From an uncultured Mobiluncus sp. (GTDB lineage Bacteria; Actinomycetota; Actinomycetes; Actinomycetales; Actinomycetaceae), in the NCBI RefSeq assembly GCF_947087965.1, contig NZ_CAMUES010000009.1, forward strand, positions 8,695 through 72,694: DNA of 64,000 nt, written 5' to 3'. Made by a program: the position numbers and the translations under genes. The notes below the pieces were generated by a model. It saw only the letters and a list, made by a program, of their open reading frames with translations, was not told where the DNA came from and made no database searches. This document shows positions 51,004-60,974 of the stretch, in pieces. Numbering within the stretch: position 1 is the first letter of the stretch; each line of letters opens with the position of its first letter.

Positions 51004-52359
51004 CTACAAAACCGAGCCGAGCGGGCGTAACAGACGCTCAATAACCCGATTGACTACGGGTCGTTCCTCCCACTGCTCCAGGGTGAGCTGCCGAGCGTTA
51101 GTGAGGTCATTGAGGAACACTTGTTCCATCTGGTCGGCCAGGTCGGTGGAAAAAATCTCCATATTAATTTCATAGTTGCCGGTCATGGACAGGCGGTCGA
51201 TGTTTGCGGTTCCAATCGTGGTCCAGCATCCGTCGGCGGTCGCCGTCTTGGCGTGGACCATAGCCTCCTGGTAGAGCCAGATTTCCACCCCGGCTTCCAG
51301 CATCGGGGAATAATATGAGCGAGCCACCCAGTCAGCCGCGATATGGTTGGAAGTTTCCGGCATCAGCACTTTAATATCCACTCCGCGCCACGCTGCCGCA
51401 ATGAGTTCATCCAAAATATCCTGGTCGGGGATGAAGTAAGCCTGAGTAATCCAAAACCTCTTTTGAGCCTTGTTTAACGCTTTGATATACAGGCCGCGGA
51501 CGGGGAACAGCAAACGGTTAGGTTCGTTGCGTGCTACTTCGATTTCAGGAATCCACTGGCGGGACATAAATTGGGGCAGCTTAGGCAGGTGCCGGGTTTT
51601 ATGGGCGTTCCAAAAATCGGTGAAGGCGTCGGTCAGTTTCCACACCGACGGGCCGTTGACACGCAGGTGGGTATCGCGCCACTGGGTCGCATAGAGCGAA
51701 CCGATATTGTACCCACCAATAAACCCGACCTTATTGTCAACGGTGAGGAGTTTGCGGTGGTCGCGCCCGGTGGAACGTAGCGAGAGAAAGAACGAACGAA
51801 ACAGTCCGAAACGCAGAACGTGCAGGTTACGCAGATGAGGGAAACGGGTCATGGCGGAGGGAATATTGATGTTGCCAAAAGCGTCCCAGATAATGAAGAC
51901 CTCGACCCCGCGCTTCGCCGCATCAATCAAAGCCTCTTTGAACAAATGCCCGATTTCGTCATTCTTCCAGATGAAAGTTTCAAAGAAGACGTGAGATTGC
52001 GCCGAACGGATGGCTTGCAGCATCGCGGTGTATACCTCAATCCCCGAGGTGTAGACCTGCATCTTGTTCTCGTCGAAACTGATTTCGGGAAGTTGGGTAA
52101 TCGGAAAAGGCTTGACAGTGGACTGGCGCCAGGTTCTCAGAGTATCGATAACGACTGTTATCGCCCCGGCTATGAGCTCAAACAGCAGAAACCCACCAAA
52201 AAATCGTGCCAACACTTTGGGTAGTTCCTGAGGGGTCTTTACAGCCAGTTCAGAAAGCTGGGTAAAGAAACGGGCAATTTGGCGGAATGCCTCGCCGCGG
52301 GGCTTGGCATTGCTTTGCTTAAGAATTTCTTGCATTGGGTTTTTCGTTTGTTTCCTCAT
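51004..52359 (-). CDS. Cardiolipin synthase-like phospholipase D family protein
   Basis: Two HKD motifs (HRKLLTVD, HAKTATAD), WRDTH, N-terminal TM. Confidence 0.88.
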   Translation of the reverse strand: MRKQTKNPMQEILKQSNAKPRGEAFRQIARFFTQLSELAVKTPQELPKVLARFFGGFLLFELIAGAITVVIDTLRTWRQSTVKPFPITQLPEISFDENKMQVYTSGIEVYTAMLQAIRSAQSHVFFETFIWKNDEIGHLFKEALIDAAKRGVEVFIIWDAFGNINIPSAMTRFPHLRNLHVLRFGLFRSFFLSLRSTGRDHRKLLTVDNKVGFIGGYNIGSLYATQWRDTHLRVNGPSVWKLTDAFTDFWNAHKTRHLPKLPQFMSRQWIPEIEVARNEPNRLLFPVRGLYIKALNKAQKRFWITQAYFIPDQDILDELIAAAWRGVDIKVLMPETSNHIAADWVARSYYSPMLEAGVEIWLYQEAMVHAKTATADGCWTTIGTANIDRLSMTGNYEINMEIFSTDLADQMEQVFLNDLTNARQLTLEQWEERPVVNRVIERLLRPLGSVL

Positions 52360-52473
52360 GCCGACATTCCTTCCACACTAGAAGTTTAGAGGATAAACCC
52401 AACAAAAACAGAAGGGAGAACAGTTATCATGGGGGCGAAGCATTCGTTAGCGTGTATTGATGAGGACAAAGTT

Positions 52474-54015
52474 ATGCTCCACGTGCGTCTCACCTCCTGT
52501 AGAATCGCGGTGTCGATAGCCGTTGTCTTAACGTTTGGTTTAGCATTGACGTCTGTTGCTCAGCCATCGACGAGTTATGCCGGAACAAATCTCGAGTTAA
52601 CCCGGATTGCTGGCAACTCAAGGATTGAAACTGCAGCCAAAGTAGCCCAGCATTTTTGGCCTAGTCCAAATGTAGTTTTTGTGGCTAGATATGATGTGGC
52701 TGCTGATGCTCTAGCTGCTGGTTCTTTAGATGAGGGTCCTATTTTGTTGGCTCGTCCCGATGGCATAGGCAATGACGCCTCTCTGGAGTATCTGCGTTCC
52801 AAGCATCCTTCCCAGGTTATTGCGCTCGGGGGACAAGGCGCCGTCCCGGAAACCGTGTTGCAGGAATTTGCGCAAGCAGCTGCAGGAGCATCGACTGCGC
52901 GAATCCAAGGGGAAAATCGTCAGGAAACCTCCTTAGAAATCGCCAAACGTTCCGCACAGGGAAAGTGTCCTACAGAGATTTATCTCGCCGGTGCGTTTGG
53001 ATCGGATGGCCAAGGTTCTCCCGACGCAGTTGCAGCCGGAGCACTGTCCAATCCGCTGCTGTTGGTTTCCGAATCCTCAGGCCTAACCGCAAACCAACGC
53101 CAATATGTTGATAGTTGCGTTGCTCAAGGTACTCAAGTTGCTCAGCTTGGGGGCAGGAATTTGCATTATCCTGCTGCTTTTTCTCTGGATGGAGCAAATC
53201 GCTATGAAACGGCCGCGGCTATTTCCGGCTATGCGCAGTCTTCAAGAGTTTGGCAGCCTATGCTTTCCGCCTTTGGTTACGGCGTTTCGGGGGCAAACAA
53301 GGGCGAAGCTCCCTCTCGGATCAGAGTCATTGTAGCCAGGGGAGACAATTTCGCAGATGCTATAGTGGCGGGTTCGGTGCCTTTTGCCTCTATCTTGCTG
53401 ACCAACAGTCAAACTCTTGCCGAAGCTGCCGGAGGAATGCTTCTGGGAAACAGTGCCAATAGTACTGTTTATATTTTTGGAGGCGAAGGGGCAGTAGCTG
53501 CCTCGGTGGAACAGGAAATCATCTCTGCTTTGCAAGGAAACTGGATTCCCTGGCGTCTTCGCCCCACCATCAGCGAACCGGAGAAGTGTCCCGTTACAAA
53601 ACCGGAATGGGAGTCTCAAGGGCTGCAACACGTTGCTCTAGTCGGGTTGCGCTGCGTGTCTCGAGACATTGGTGGGTTCCGGTGGATTTCCGGCAAGCGC
53701 GGTAATCCAAATACGGATTCGGGTGATCATCCTCGCGGATTGGCCATAGATTTGCCTATTGCCGGGGCTGGTCCCTGGTCAAGTCAAGCCGCCATAGATT
53801 ACGGGAACCGTATCGTGTCGTATTTCACAGCCAACGGAGAGCTACTGCACGTCAAATACATCATCTTCCGGAACACGATTTATCAGGCTTCAGGGTTTGA
53901 AGGCGAACTGATGAAAGAACCGGAACTGGCCACCAATGTTACGCAAGATCACTTTGACCATGTGCACATTAGTTTCTTTGACCCCGCGGAACTGGAAATG
54001 ATGGAACAACCCTGA
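52474..54015 (+). CDS. Secreted protein with three cell-wall-binding type 2 (CWB2) repeats and a C-terminal putative zinc-peptidase domain
   Basis: Signal peptide; RIAGNSRIETA, RIQGENRQETS and LDGANRYETA repeats with ADAL / PDAV / ADAI motifs; C-terminal HPRGLAID and HFDHVH. Confidence 0.8.
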   Translation: MLHVRLTSCRIAVSIAVVLTFGLALTSVAQPSTSYAGTNLELTRIAGNSRIETAAKVAQHFWPSPNVVFVARYDVAADALAAGSLDEGPILLARPDGIGNDASLEYLRSKHPSQVIALGGQGAVPETVLQEFAQAAAGASTARIQGENRQETSLEIAKRSAQGKCPTEIYLAGAFGSDGQGSPDAVAAGALSNPLLLVSESSGLTANQRQYVDSCVAQGTQVAQLGGRNLHYPAAFSLDGANRYETAAAISGYAQSSRVWQPMLSAFGYGVSGANKGEAPSRIRVIVARGDNFADAIVAGSVPFASILLTNSQTLAEAAGGMLLGNSANSTVYIFGGEGAVAASVEQEIISALQGNWIPWRLRPTISEPEKCPVTKPEWESQGLQHVALVGLRCVSRDIGGFRWISGKRGNPNTDSGDHPRGLAIDLPIAGAGPWSSQAAIDYGNRIVSYFTANGELLHVKYIIFRNTIYQASGFEGELMKEPELATNVTQDHFDHVHISFFDPAELEMMEQP

Positions 54016-54063
54016 GCAAATAGGGTTAAGCGCCGCGCTGCGTTTTTCGCTAGACTCAGTAAT

Positions 54064-54360
54064 ATGTCGACTATTGATGCTGATGAAGTGAGGCGCGTCG
54101 CTGGCTTGGCCCGAATTGCGCTGACCGAGGAAGAAATCCACAAATTCGCCGCTGAACTGGATGTAATTACCCAGGCGGTAGCGAAAGTCAACGAGGTAGC
54201 GAAACCGGATATTCCGGCGACGTCGCACCCAATTCCGCTTACGAACGTGTGGCGTGAGGACGAGGTGGGTCAATGCCTCGACCACGATGAGGTACTTCAG
54301 GCCGCCCCGCAGCCAGACCGCGGTATGTTCGGCGTGCCCAAGATTATCGGGGAGGAGTAA
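54064..54360 (+). CDS. gatC: Asp/Glu-tRNA amidotransferase subunit C
   Basis: VAGLARIAL, TNVWRED, FGVPKI; precedes gatA. Confidence 0.95.
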   Translation: MSTIDADEVRRVAGLARIALTEEEIHKFAAELDVITQAVAKVNEVAKPDIPATSHPIPLTNVWREDEVGQCLDHDEVLQAAPQPDRGMFGVPKIIGEE

Positions 54361-54363
54361 CTT

Positions 54364-55887
54364 ATGAGTAACACAGAACTTTACCTGTTGTCTGCCCACG
54401 ATTTGGCCGCGAAGCTGGCTGCGAAAGAAGTCACCAGCGAGGAACTGGTGCGAGTGTTTGCCGACCGGATTGAACACCTCGATAAGGACATTCACGCTTT
54501 CCTCTTCGTCGATGTGGACGGGGCGCTGCAAACCGCTAAACGGGTGGACGCGGACCGCGCCGCTGGCAAGAAACTGCATCCTTTTGCGGGCGTGCCGATT
54601 GCAATCAAAGACAACATGGTGCAGCGTGGCAAGCCCACCACCTGCGCTTCAAAAATCTTGGAAGGCTGGCTGCCACCCTATGACGCCACCATCGTGCTAA
54701 AGCTCCAGGAAGCGGGACTGCCCATCCTGGGAAAAACCAACATGGACGAGTTCGCCATGGGATCGTCTACTGAGCACTCGGCTTTCGGCCCGACCCGCAA
54801 CCCGTGGGATTTGGAGCGGATTCCGGGCGGATCAGGCGGCGGCTCGGCGGCCGCGGTGGGAGCTTTTATGGTGCCGTGGGCGCTGGGTTCGGACACGGGT
54901 GGTTCTATCCGCCAGCCTGGAGCTGTCACCGGTACCGTGGGCGCGAAACCGACCTATGGGGCGGTTTCCCGTTACGGTTTGATTGCGATGGGTTCCTCCC
55001 TGGACCAGATTGGCCCGGTTACTCGTGATGTGCGCGATGCGGCGGCGCTGCAGATGATTATTGGGGGACACGATCCGCTGGATTCCACGTCTTTGGACGA
55101 GCCAGTACCGGATATCACCGGAGCATTGGCCGACATTGGCACAGATGCATCCGGTCTGCGTGTCGGGGTCGTCAAGCAACTGCAAGGCGAAGGTTACCAG
55201 GCTGGAGTGTTGCAGCGTTTCCAGCAGGCTGTGGAGCGTCTACAAAAGGCGGGGGCGAACGTAGTCGAAGTGGATTGCCCCTCCTTTGAGTACGCTTTGG
55301 CGGCCTATTACCTGATTATGCCGGCAGAAGTGTCGTCTAACCTGGCTCGTTTCGATGGGGTACGTTACGGTCTGCGGGTGTTGCCGCAGGATGGTGAAGT
55401 CACCACCGAACGCATGATGGCGGCGACTCGTGAGGCGGGCTTTGGAGATGAAGTGAAGCGCCGCATTATTTTGGGTACTCACGTTTTGTCAGCAGGCTAC
55501 TATGACGCTTACTACGGTTCGGCGCAAAAGGTACGTACGCTGCTGCAGCGCGACCTGGCGGCAGCTTTTGAACAGTGTGATGTGCTGCTGACTCCCACCG
55601 CTCCGACCACCGCTTTCAAGTTTGGCGACAAGCTCGACGATCCGATGAGTATGTACCTCAACGATGTAGCGACTATTCCCGCCAACTTGGCTGGGATTCC
55701 CGGTATTTCGATTCCTGCCGGGGTGGCCGCGGAAGATGGTCTGCCCGTAGGGGTACAGATTCTCGCTCCCGCCCGTGGAGACGTCACCATGTATGAGGTG
55801 GCAGCCCGCATGGAAGCCCAACTGGCAGAGTCTAGTGAGCCGATGCCGCCCTGCCCGGCCGCGGCATGGAAGGAGAGCGCAAAATGA
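54364..55887 (+). CDS. gatA: Asp/Glu-tRNA amidotransferase subunit A
   Basis: [31 protein letters not shown] amidase signature. Confidence 0.97.
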   Translation: MSNTELYLLSAHDLAAKLAAKEVTSEELVRVFADRIEHLDKDIHAFLFVDVDGALQTAKRVDADRAAGKKLHPFAGVPIAIKDNMVQRGKPTTCASKILEGWLPPYDATIVLKLQEAGLPILGKTNMDEFAMGSSTEHSAFGPTRNPWDLERIPGGSGGGSAAAVGAFMVPWALGSDTGGSIRQPGAVTGTVGAKPTYGAVSRYGLIAMGSSLDQIGPVTRDVRDAAALQMIIGGHDPLDSTSLDEPVPDITGALADIGTDASGLRVGVVKQLQGEGYQAGVLQRFQQAVERLQKAGANVVEVDCPSFEYALAAYYLIMPAEVSSNLARFDGVRYGLRVLPQDGEVTTERMMAATREAGFGDEVKRRIILGTHVLSAGYYDAYYGSAQKVRTLLQRDLAAAFEQCDVLLTPTAPTTAFKFGDKLDDPMSMYLNDVATIPANLAGIPGISIPAGVAAEDGLPVGVQILAPARGDVTMYEVAARMEAQLAESSEPMPPCPAAAWKESAK

Positions 55888-57383
55888 GCGACAAATTGAT
55901 GAGTTACGAAAAGGCTACTGAACGCTTCGATCCGGTTTTGGGGTTGGAGGTTCACGTTGAGCTGGGCACGAAAACCAAGATGTTCGACGCGGCGCCCAAT
56001 ACTTTCGGGGGCGAACCGAACACAAACATCACCCCGGTTTCCCTGGGGTTGCCCGGATGCTTGCCGGTGGTCAACAAGCGTGCCGTGGAGTACGCGATTC
56101 GGATTGGTCTGGCGCTGAACTGCCAAATCGCCGAATACTGCCGGTTTGCGCGGAAGAACTATTTCTATCCCGACCTGACTAAGGCTTTCCAAACCTCCCA
56201 GTATGATGAGCCAATCTGTTATGACGGCTGGCTCGATGTCGAGTTGGAGGACGGTACCGTGTACCGAGTGGAAATCGAGCGTGCCCACATGGAGGAAGAC
56301 GCCGGCAAGAACACGCATATTGGTGGAGAGGACGGCCGTATCCAAGGTGCGGATCACTCCCTGGTGGATTACAACCGCGCCGGGGTGCCACTGGTAGAAA
56401 TCGTCACCAAACCCATCATCGGGACCGGGAATCGTGCCCCCGAGGTCGCCGCCGCTTATGTGCGCAGCTTGCGGGATATTTTCCGGGCTATCGGGGTTAG
56501 TGAAGCCCGGATGGAGCGCGGCAATGTCCGCGCTGACGTGAACGTGTCCTTGCGCAATAAACCGGAGGATCCGATGGGGACCCGCACGGAAACCAAGAAC
56601 GTGAACTCCTTTAGAGGGATTGAGAAAACCGTGCGTTACGAAATGCGTCGCCAGGCGGCAATCCTTGCCGAGGGCGGCAAAATCGTCCAGGAAACCCGCC
56701 ACTACCACGCAGCGGACGGGACGACCTCTTCGGGTCGTGAGAAATCCGATGCCGAGGATTACCGTTACTTCCCTGAACCGGATCTGGTACCTGTGGCGCC
56801 GGGCCGGGAGTGGGTGGAGGAAATCCGCCAGAGTCTGCCTGAGCTTCCTGCCGTGAGGCGCAAGCGCCTGCAGGGTGTGTGGGGATTCACTGACATCGAA
56901 ATGCGCGACATTGTCAACGCCGGCGCGGTGGACCTCATTGAAGAAACGGTTTCAGCCGGAACCGACGCGGGCGGGGCTCGCAAGTGGTGGATGGGCGAAA
57001 TCGCGCGTTTGGCCAAAGGCGAGGAAAAAGACCTGGAGGAAATGCCGATTACTCCCGCCCAGGTGGCCGAACTGCAACGCCTGGTTGAAGACGGCAAGAT
57101 TAACGACAAGTTGGCGAAGCAGGTTATCGCCGGTGTTCTGGCCGGAGAGGGTAATCCTGGCGAGGTCGTGAAAGCGCGCGGCTTGGAGGTCGTTTCTGAC
57201 ACGGGCGCTTTGGAAACTGCCGTCAAGCAGGCGATTGCGGACAACCCGGATGTCGTCGAAAAGATTAAAGGTGGCAAGATGGCGGCTATCGGCGCGCTGA
57301 TGGGCCCGGTTATGAAGGCTACTCGCGGTCAAGCCGATGCGGGAACGGTAAAGTCCCTGATTATGGCCGAACTTGGGTTGTAA
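55884..57383 (+). CDS. gatB: Asp/Glu-tRNA amidotransferase subunit B
   Basis: [38 protein letters not shown] overlap with gatA. Confidence 0.97.
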   Translation: MSDKLMSYEKATERFDPVLGLEVHVELGTKTKMFDAAPNTFGGEPNTNITPVSLGLPGCLPVVNKRAVEYAIRIGLALNCQIAEYCRFARKNYFYPDLTKAFQTSQYDEPICYDGWLDVELEDGTVYRVEIERAHMEEDAGKNTHIGGEDGRIQGADHSLVDYNRAGVPLVEIVTKPIIGTGNRAPEVAAAYVRSLRDIFRAIGVSEARMERGNVRADVNVSLRNKPEDPMGTRTETKNVNSFRGIEKTVRYEMRRQAAILAEGGKIVQETRHYHAADGTTSSGREKSDAEDYRYFPEPDLVPVAPGREWVEEIRQSLPELPAVRRKRLQGVWGFTDIEMRDIVNAGAVDLIEETVSAGTDAGGARKWWMGEIARLAKGEEKDLEEMPITPAQVAELQRLVEDGKINDKLAKQVIAGVLAGEGNPGEVVKARGLEVVSDTGALETAVKQAIADNPDVVEKIKGGKMAAIGALMGPVMKATRGQADAGTVKSLIMAELGL

Positions 57384-57403
57384 ACCGGTCTGATTTCCGG
57401 CTT

Positions 57404-57449
57404 AAATGTTTTGTTCCCGAACCGAAAGGTCCGGGAACAAAACATTTTT
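57404..57449. terminator. Bidirectional terminator between convergent gatB and trpB
   Basis: AAATGTTTTGTTCCCG...CGGGAACAAAACATTT perfect 16-bp inverted repeat. Confidence 0.8.
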
Positions 57450-57466
57450 AGAGCTTACTTCTGGGT

Positions 57467-58699
57467 TTATTTGACGTAGTTCTCGCCCGTGCCGTAGTGC
57501 TCAATCACGTAGTCGAGGTCCTTGTCCCCGCGGCCTGACAGGTTCACCAGGATAGATCCCGTCTTGCCTTTGCGGGCTTCCTTGATGGCATAAGCCAGGG
57601 CGTGGGAGCTCTCGATGGCGGGGATGATGCCTTCCCAGCGGGAGAGCATGAACAGGGCTTCAATAGCTTCCTCGTCTCGAATGGTCACGTAGTTAACGCG
57701 TTCCATATCATGCAGCAGGGAGTGTTCGGGGCCAACCGAGGGATAGTCCAGGCCGGAAGCGTTGGAATAGACCGGCGCGGGATTTCCCTTTTCGTCCGCG
57801 AGCATAATCGAATTGAATCCGTGCATTACGCCTTCGCCACCATAGGTAATGGAGGCCGCGTGATCGCCCAAAGCCGTGCCCCGCCCTTGTGGCTCGACCC
57901 CAAAAATCTCGACCGGGTCAGCCAGGAACGGCACAAACATCCCAATCGCGTTGGAACCGCCCCCTACACAGGCCATCACCTTGTCCGGCAAGTGCCCGGT
58001 CTGCTCCATAAACTGGGCACGTGCCTCCACGCCAACGACCTCCTGGAAATCCCTGACCATGACCGGGAAGGGGTGGGGGCCGGCGGCAGTGCCGATGCAA
58101 TAGATGGCATCGTGATATTCCTCGGAGTAAGCCATGAAGGCGGCGTCCACGGCCTCTTTCAGGGTTTTAAGCCCGAAGCTGACGGGGACGACGCGTGCGC
58201 CCAGTACCTTCATGCGCGCCACGTTCGGAGCTTGCTTGGCGATGTCGACCTCACCCATGTAGATGTCGCATTCCAGGCCGAAGTAGGCGGCGGCGGTGGC
58301 GAGGGCCACGCCGTGCTGCCCCGCTCCGGTTTCCGCGATGAGCTTCTTTTTCCCCATGTATTTAGCCAATAGGCCTTCGCCCATGCAGTGATTGAGCTTG
58401 TGCGCCCCGGTATGGTTCAGATCCTCGCGTTTGAGATAGATCTGGGTACGTCCCAGTTTCTGGCTCAGACGCTGGCAGTGGTACACCGGGGTGGGACGGC
58501 CTTGGAAATCCTTGCGGATGCGACGTAACTCCGCAATGAACTGGGCAGATTGGGCAATAGTGTTATAGGCTTCCGCGTACTCGTCAAAGGCCTTGACCAG
58601 CTCCGGGTCCTGCAGGTAGTTGCCGCCGTATTTGCCGAAGTATCCCTTTTCGTCGGGGTATTCCTTGAGGTAGTTGTCAAAATCGCGGTACTTATTCAT
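57467..58699 (-). CDS. trpB: Tryptophan synthase beta subunit (stand-alone)
   Basis: [12 protein letters not shown] (PLP Lys), [37 protein letters not shown]. Confidence 0.93.
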   Translation of the reverse strand: MNKYRDFDNYLKEYPDEKGYFGKYGGNYLQDPELVKAFDEYAEAYNTIAQSAQFIAELRRIRKDFQGRPTPVYHCQRLSQKLGRTQIYLKREDLNHTGAHKLNHCMGEGLLAKYMGKKKLIAETGAGQHGVALATAAAYFGLECDIYMGEVDIAKQAPNVARMKVLGARVVPVSFGLKTLKEAVDAAFMAYSEEYHDAIYCIGTAAGPHPFPVMVRDFQEVVGVEARAQFMEQTGHLPDKVMACVGGGSNAIGMFVPFLADPVEIFGVEPQGRGTALGDHAASITYGGEGVMHGFNSIMLADEKGNPAPVYSNASGLDYPSVGPEHSLLHDMERVNYVTIRDEEAIEALFMLSRWEGIIPAIESSHALAYAIKEARKGKTGSILVNLSGRGDKDLDYVIEHYGTGENYVK

Positions 58700-59143
58700 C
58701 TCTTCCTCCAAAGTTTTCGCAATTCCATACTGAAACCGATTTGGTCCGATTTGGACCGGTCACAAGATAAAGGTACGCATTTTTTCCCCGCAAGTACAGG
58801 AGTGTCCACTATTCGAGCAAATTCATCTCAAATAATGAATCCATGCCTGTCAGCGTTGGGGAAGGGGGTCTCCTGCGGTGAATCCAGGTATTGACAGCAG
58901 AATCGTCTTTAGGTTAAATCTACTTTGCTTAATCGGCTTGAATTAGAATCGCTAAGTTTATTTAAAAATATCTATATATGCTTTTTGATATAAGCAATTC
59001 GTACGTTTCCATATACATGAAAGCCTGTGACCTGGGTAAACGCGGGTATTTATAGTAGGGGTTTACAAGGTTGAAAAAATAGTTGACAGTCGTAATTAAG
59101 AAATTATTCGTCTGTAGTTACTTATTACGAAAGGATCAAAGAT

Positions 59144-59413
59144 ATGAGTACTCAACCAGTAGTTAGCGATTGTGAAGTATCCGATTGCTCTTACAACCAC
59201 GATGGCTGCCAAGCCACCGCCATGACTATGGGCACCAAGGGCTGCTCAACCTTCATTGCCTTGCCGCAGGTCGGAGGACTCGGTAAGCAAGCCGCAGTTG
59301 GGGCTTGCCAGAAATCTGACTGCAGCTTCAATGAACACTTGGAATGCCAGGCGCCTTCCGTCAAAGTTGGTGGAAAGACCGGCGAGTGCCTCACCTATCA
59401 CCAGGCTGCTTAG
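59144..59413 (+). CDS. Small Cys-rich DUF1540-like protein
   Basis: Two repeats, CEVSDCSYN...CQA and CQKSDCSFN...CQA...CLTY; AAAGGA RBS. Confidence 0.8.
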   Translation: MSTQPVVSDCEVSDCSYNHDGCQATAMTMGTKGCSTFIALPQVGGLGKQAAVGACQKSDCSFNEHLECQAPSVKVGGKTGECLTYHQAA

Positions 59414-59438
59414 GCTTACCACCTATAAATCCATAAAC

Positions 59439-59482
59439 CTGTGTGCGCGACCAGATGACGGTTCGCGCGCACAGCTGTTTTT
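59439..59482 (+). terminator. Terminator after the DUF1540-like gene
   Basis: CTGTGTGCGCGA...TCGCGCGCACAG plus CTGTTTTT. Confidence 0.6.
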
Positions 59483-59549
59483 AGGCCTTGATTATTTTCA
59501 ATGATTGGTATCACCGTGAGCAAAGTGGGGCTACATTAGAATTTCAGTC

Positions 59550-60830
59550 ATGTGTGAAATTCTTGATTTGCGTTCTCTGGCTGCGCGCGAACTCCCGGCT
59601 TTGTGTGAATTCGGCATGAAATCAAAGGTTCCTGCCGGATTCGGTTACCTTGGCCCTGAAGGTGCGGTCATGCCCGAAATGGGAGCTCAACTGTGGATTA
59701 ACTGCCGAATGACACATATGTTTTCGCTGTTTGCCCTGGCGGGAATCCATCCCGAACAATCCCGCGAACTGGCCGCGCACGGGATTCACGCACTGCGGGA
59801 ATACTTTGTGGACCGGGAATATGGTGGCTGGTTTTCGTGGATTGACACGGAACTTGATGCGTTGGGGCAGTCTCGCCCCGATCTTGAGAAAGGCCCCCGT
59901 AAGGAAGCCTATGCTCATGCCTTCGTAATTATTGCGGCCAGCTCAGCCACTGTCGCGGAAATTCCCGGAGCCCGCGAACTGCTGGACGAAGCCAGACGTA
60001 TCCAGGATGCTTACTGGTGGGACGAATCAGCGGGGAGAGCTCGAGAATCTTACGCTAGGGACTGGACAGAGCTCGAAGATTACCGCGGTGCGAACGCGAA
60101 TATGCACACTTTGGAGTCGTGCCTGGCAGCTTTCGATGCGACTGCAGACACCGAATATCTGCGGCGGGGTGCGTCCATTGCCACGAAAATTATTAATGAG
60201 TCCGCGAGGGAATACGACTGGAGAATCCCCGAACATTACACCAGTAACTGGCGTATAGACCCTGATTACAACCGCGATAAGCCGAATGATCCTTTCCGTC
60301 CGTGGGGAGCCACGCCGGGTCACGGTTTTGAGTGGGCACGTCTGATCTTGCAGCTCCAGGGCGCAGCCGAGGCTGCTGGGTTAGATTTGAATTTGGATTG
60401 GGTTCACGAGGCCGCAGCGGGACTTTACCGTACCGCGCTGGCGGCGTGGGGTAGCGATGGCGCCGATGGGATTCCCTACACGACAGACTTCGAGGGTCGC
60501 CCGGTTTCCTCCCAGCGGATGCACTGGGTCATTTGCGAAGCTATCGGGGTAAGCCTGGTGATTTCAAAGCTCGCCGCTCGCTTCAGTTCAGATTCCCAAC
60601 TTCCGCAGTTGGCCCAGCAGTGGGCTGACAAGTTTTGTGTTTACGCGCAAGACAAATTCATTCAACATCCAGGACAATGGTCCCATGAACTTGATGTGAA
60701 TAATCAGCCCGCCTGCGTCACCTGGGTTGGAAAAGCGGACATTTACCATGCGGGACAAGCAATGTTCTTGGTTAACCTGCCGGCACAACCAGGGTTTGCC
60801 GCGGCGTTGAGACATTCAAAATCCGCATGA
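59550..60830 (+). CDS. AGE family epimerase/isomerase (YihS / mannose isomerase-like)
   Basis: RMTHMF, AYAHAF, YRGANANMH, TPGHGFEWARL, RMHWV, KADIYH. Confidence 0.88.
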   Translation: MCEILDLRSLAARELPALCEFGMKSKVPAGFGYLGPEGAVMPEMGAQLWINCRMTHMFSLFALAGIHPEQSRELAAHGIHALREYFVDREYGGWFSWIDTELDALGQSRPDLEKGPRKEAYAHAFVIIAASSATVAEIPGARELLDEARRIQDAYWWDESAGRARESYARDWTELEDYRGANANMHTLESCLAAFDATADTEYLRRGASIATKIINESAREYDWRIPEHYTSNWRIDPDYNRDKPNDPFRPWGATPGHGFEWARLILQLQGAAEAAGLDLNLDWVHEAAAGLYRTALAAWGSDGADGIPYTTDFEGRPVSSQRMHWVICEAIGVSLVISKLAARFSSDSQLPQLAQQWADKFCVYAQDKFIQHPGQWSHELDVNNQPACVTWVGKADIYHAGQAMFLVNLPAQPGFAAALRHSKSA

Positions 60831-60873
60831 AATAGGCTCAGAAATACTTGAAATATCAAAGATATCTGAGAAT

Positions 60874-60887
60874 TGATACCGATTACA
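60874..60887. promoter_or_regulatory. Putative LacI-family-like operator upstream of the sugar ABC operon
   Basis: TGATACCGATTACA fits TGWNANCGNTNWCA; lies in an AT-rich spacer. Confidence 0.35.
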
Positions 60888-60974
60888 CAAATAGGTAGAC
60901 TTTCGTTCGGTTTGTGAATGTATTCACGCAAGAACTCGGTGTAATTGGCCAGACAGTGAAGTCTAGGAGCAGAA

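Noticed and set aside
58712..58900. Trp attenuator or T-box upstream of trpB
   Set aside because: The only short upstream ORF I found (MDSLFEMNLLE) has no Trp codons, and I saw no T-box motif.
59026..59043. TGTGACCTGGGTAAACGC as a Crp site or recombination site
   Set aside because: Only a half match to TGTGA-N6-TCACA, and no partner site or recombinase was seen.
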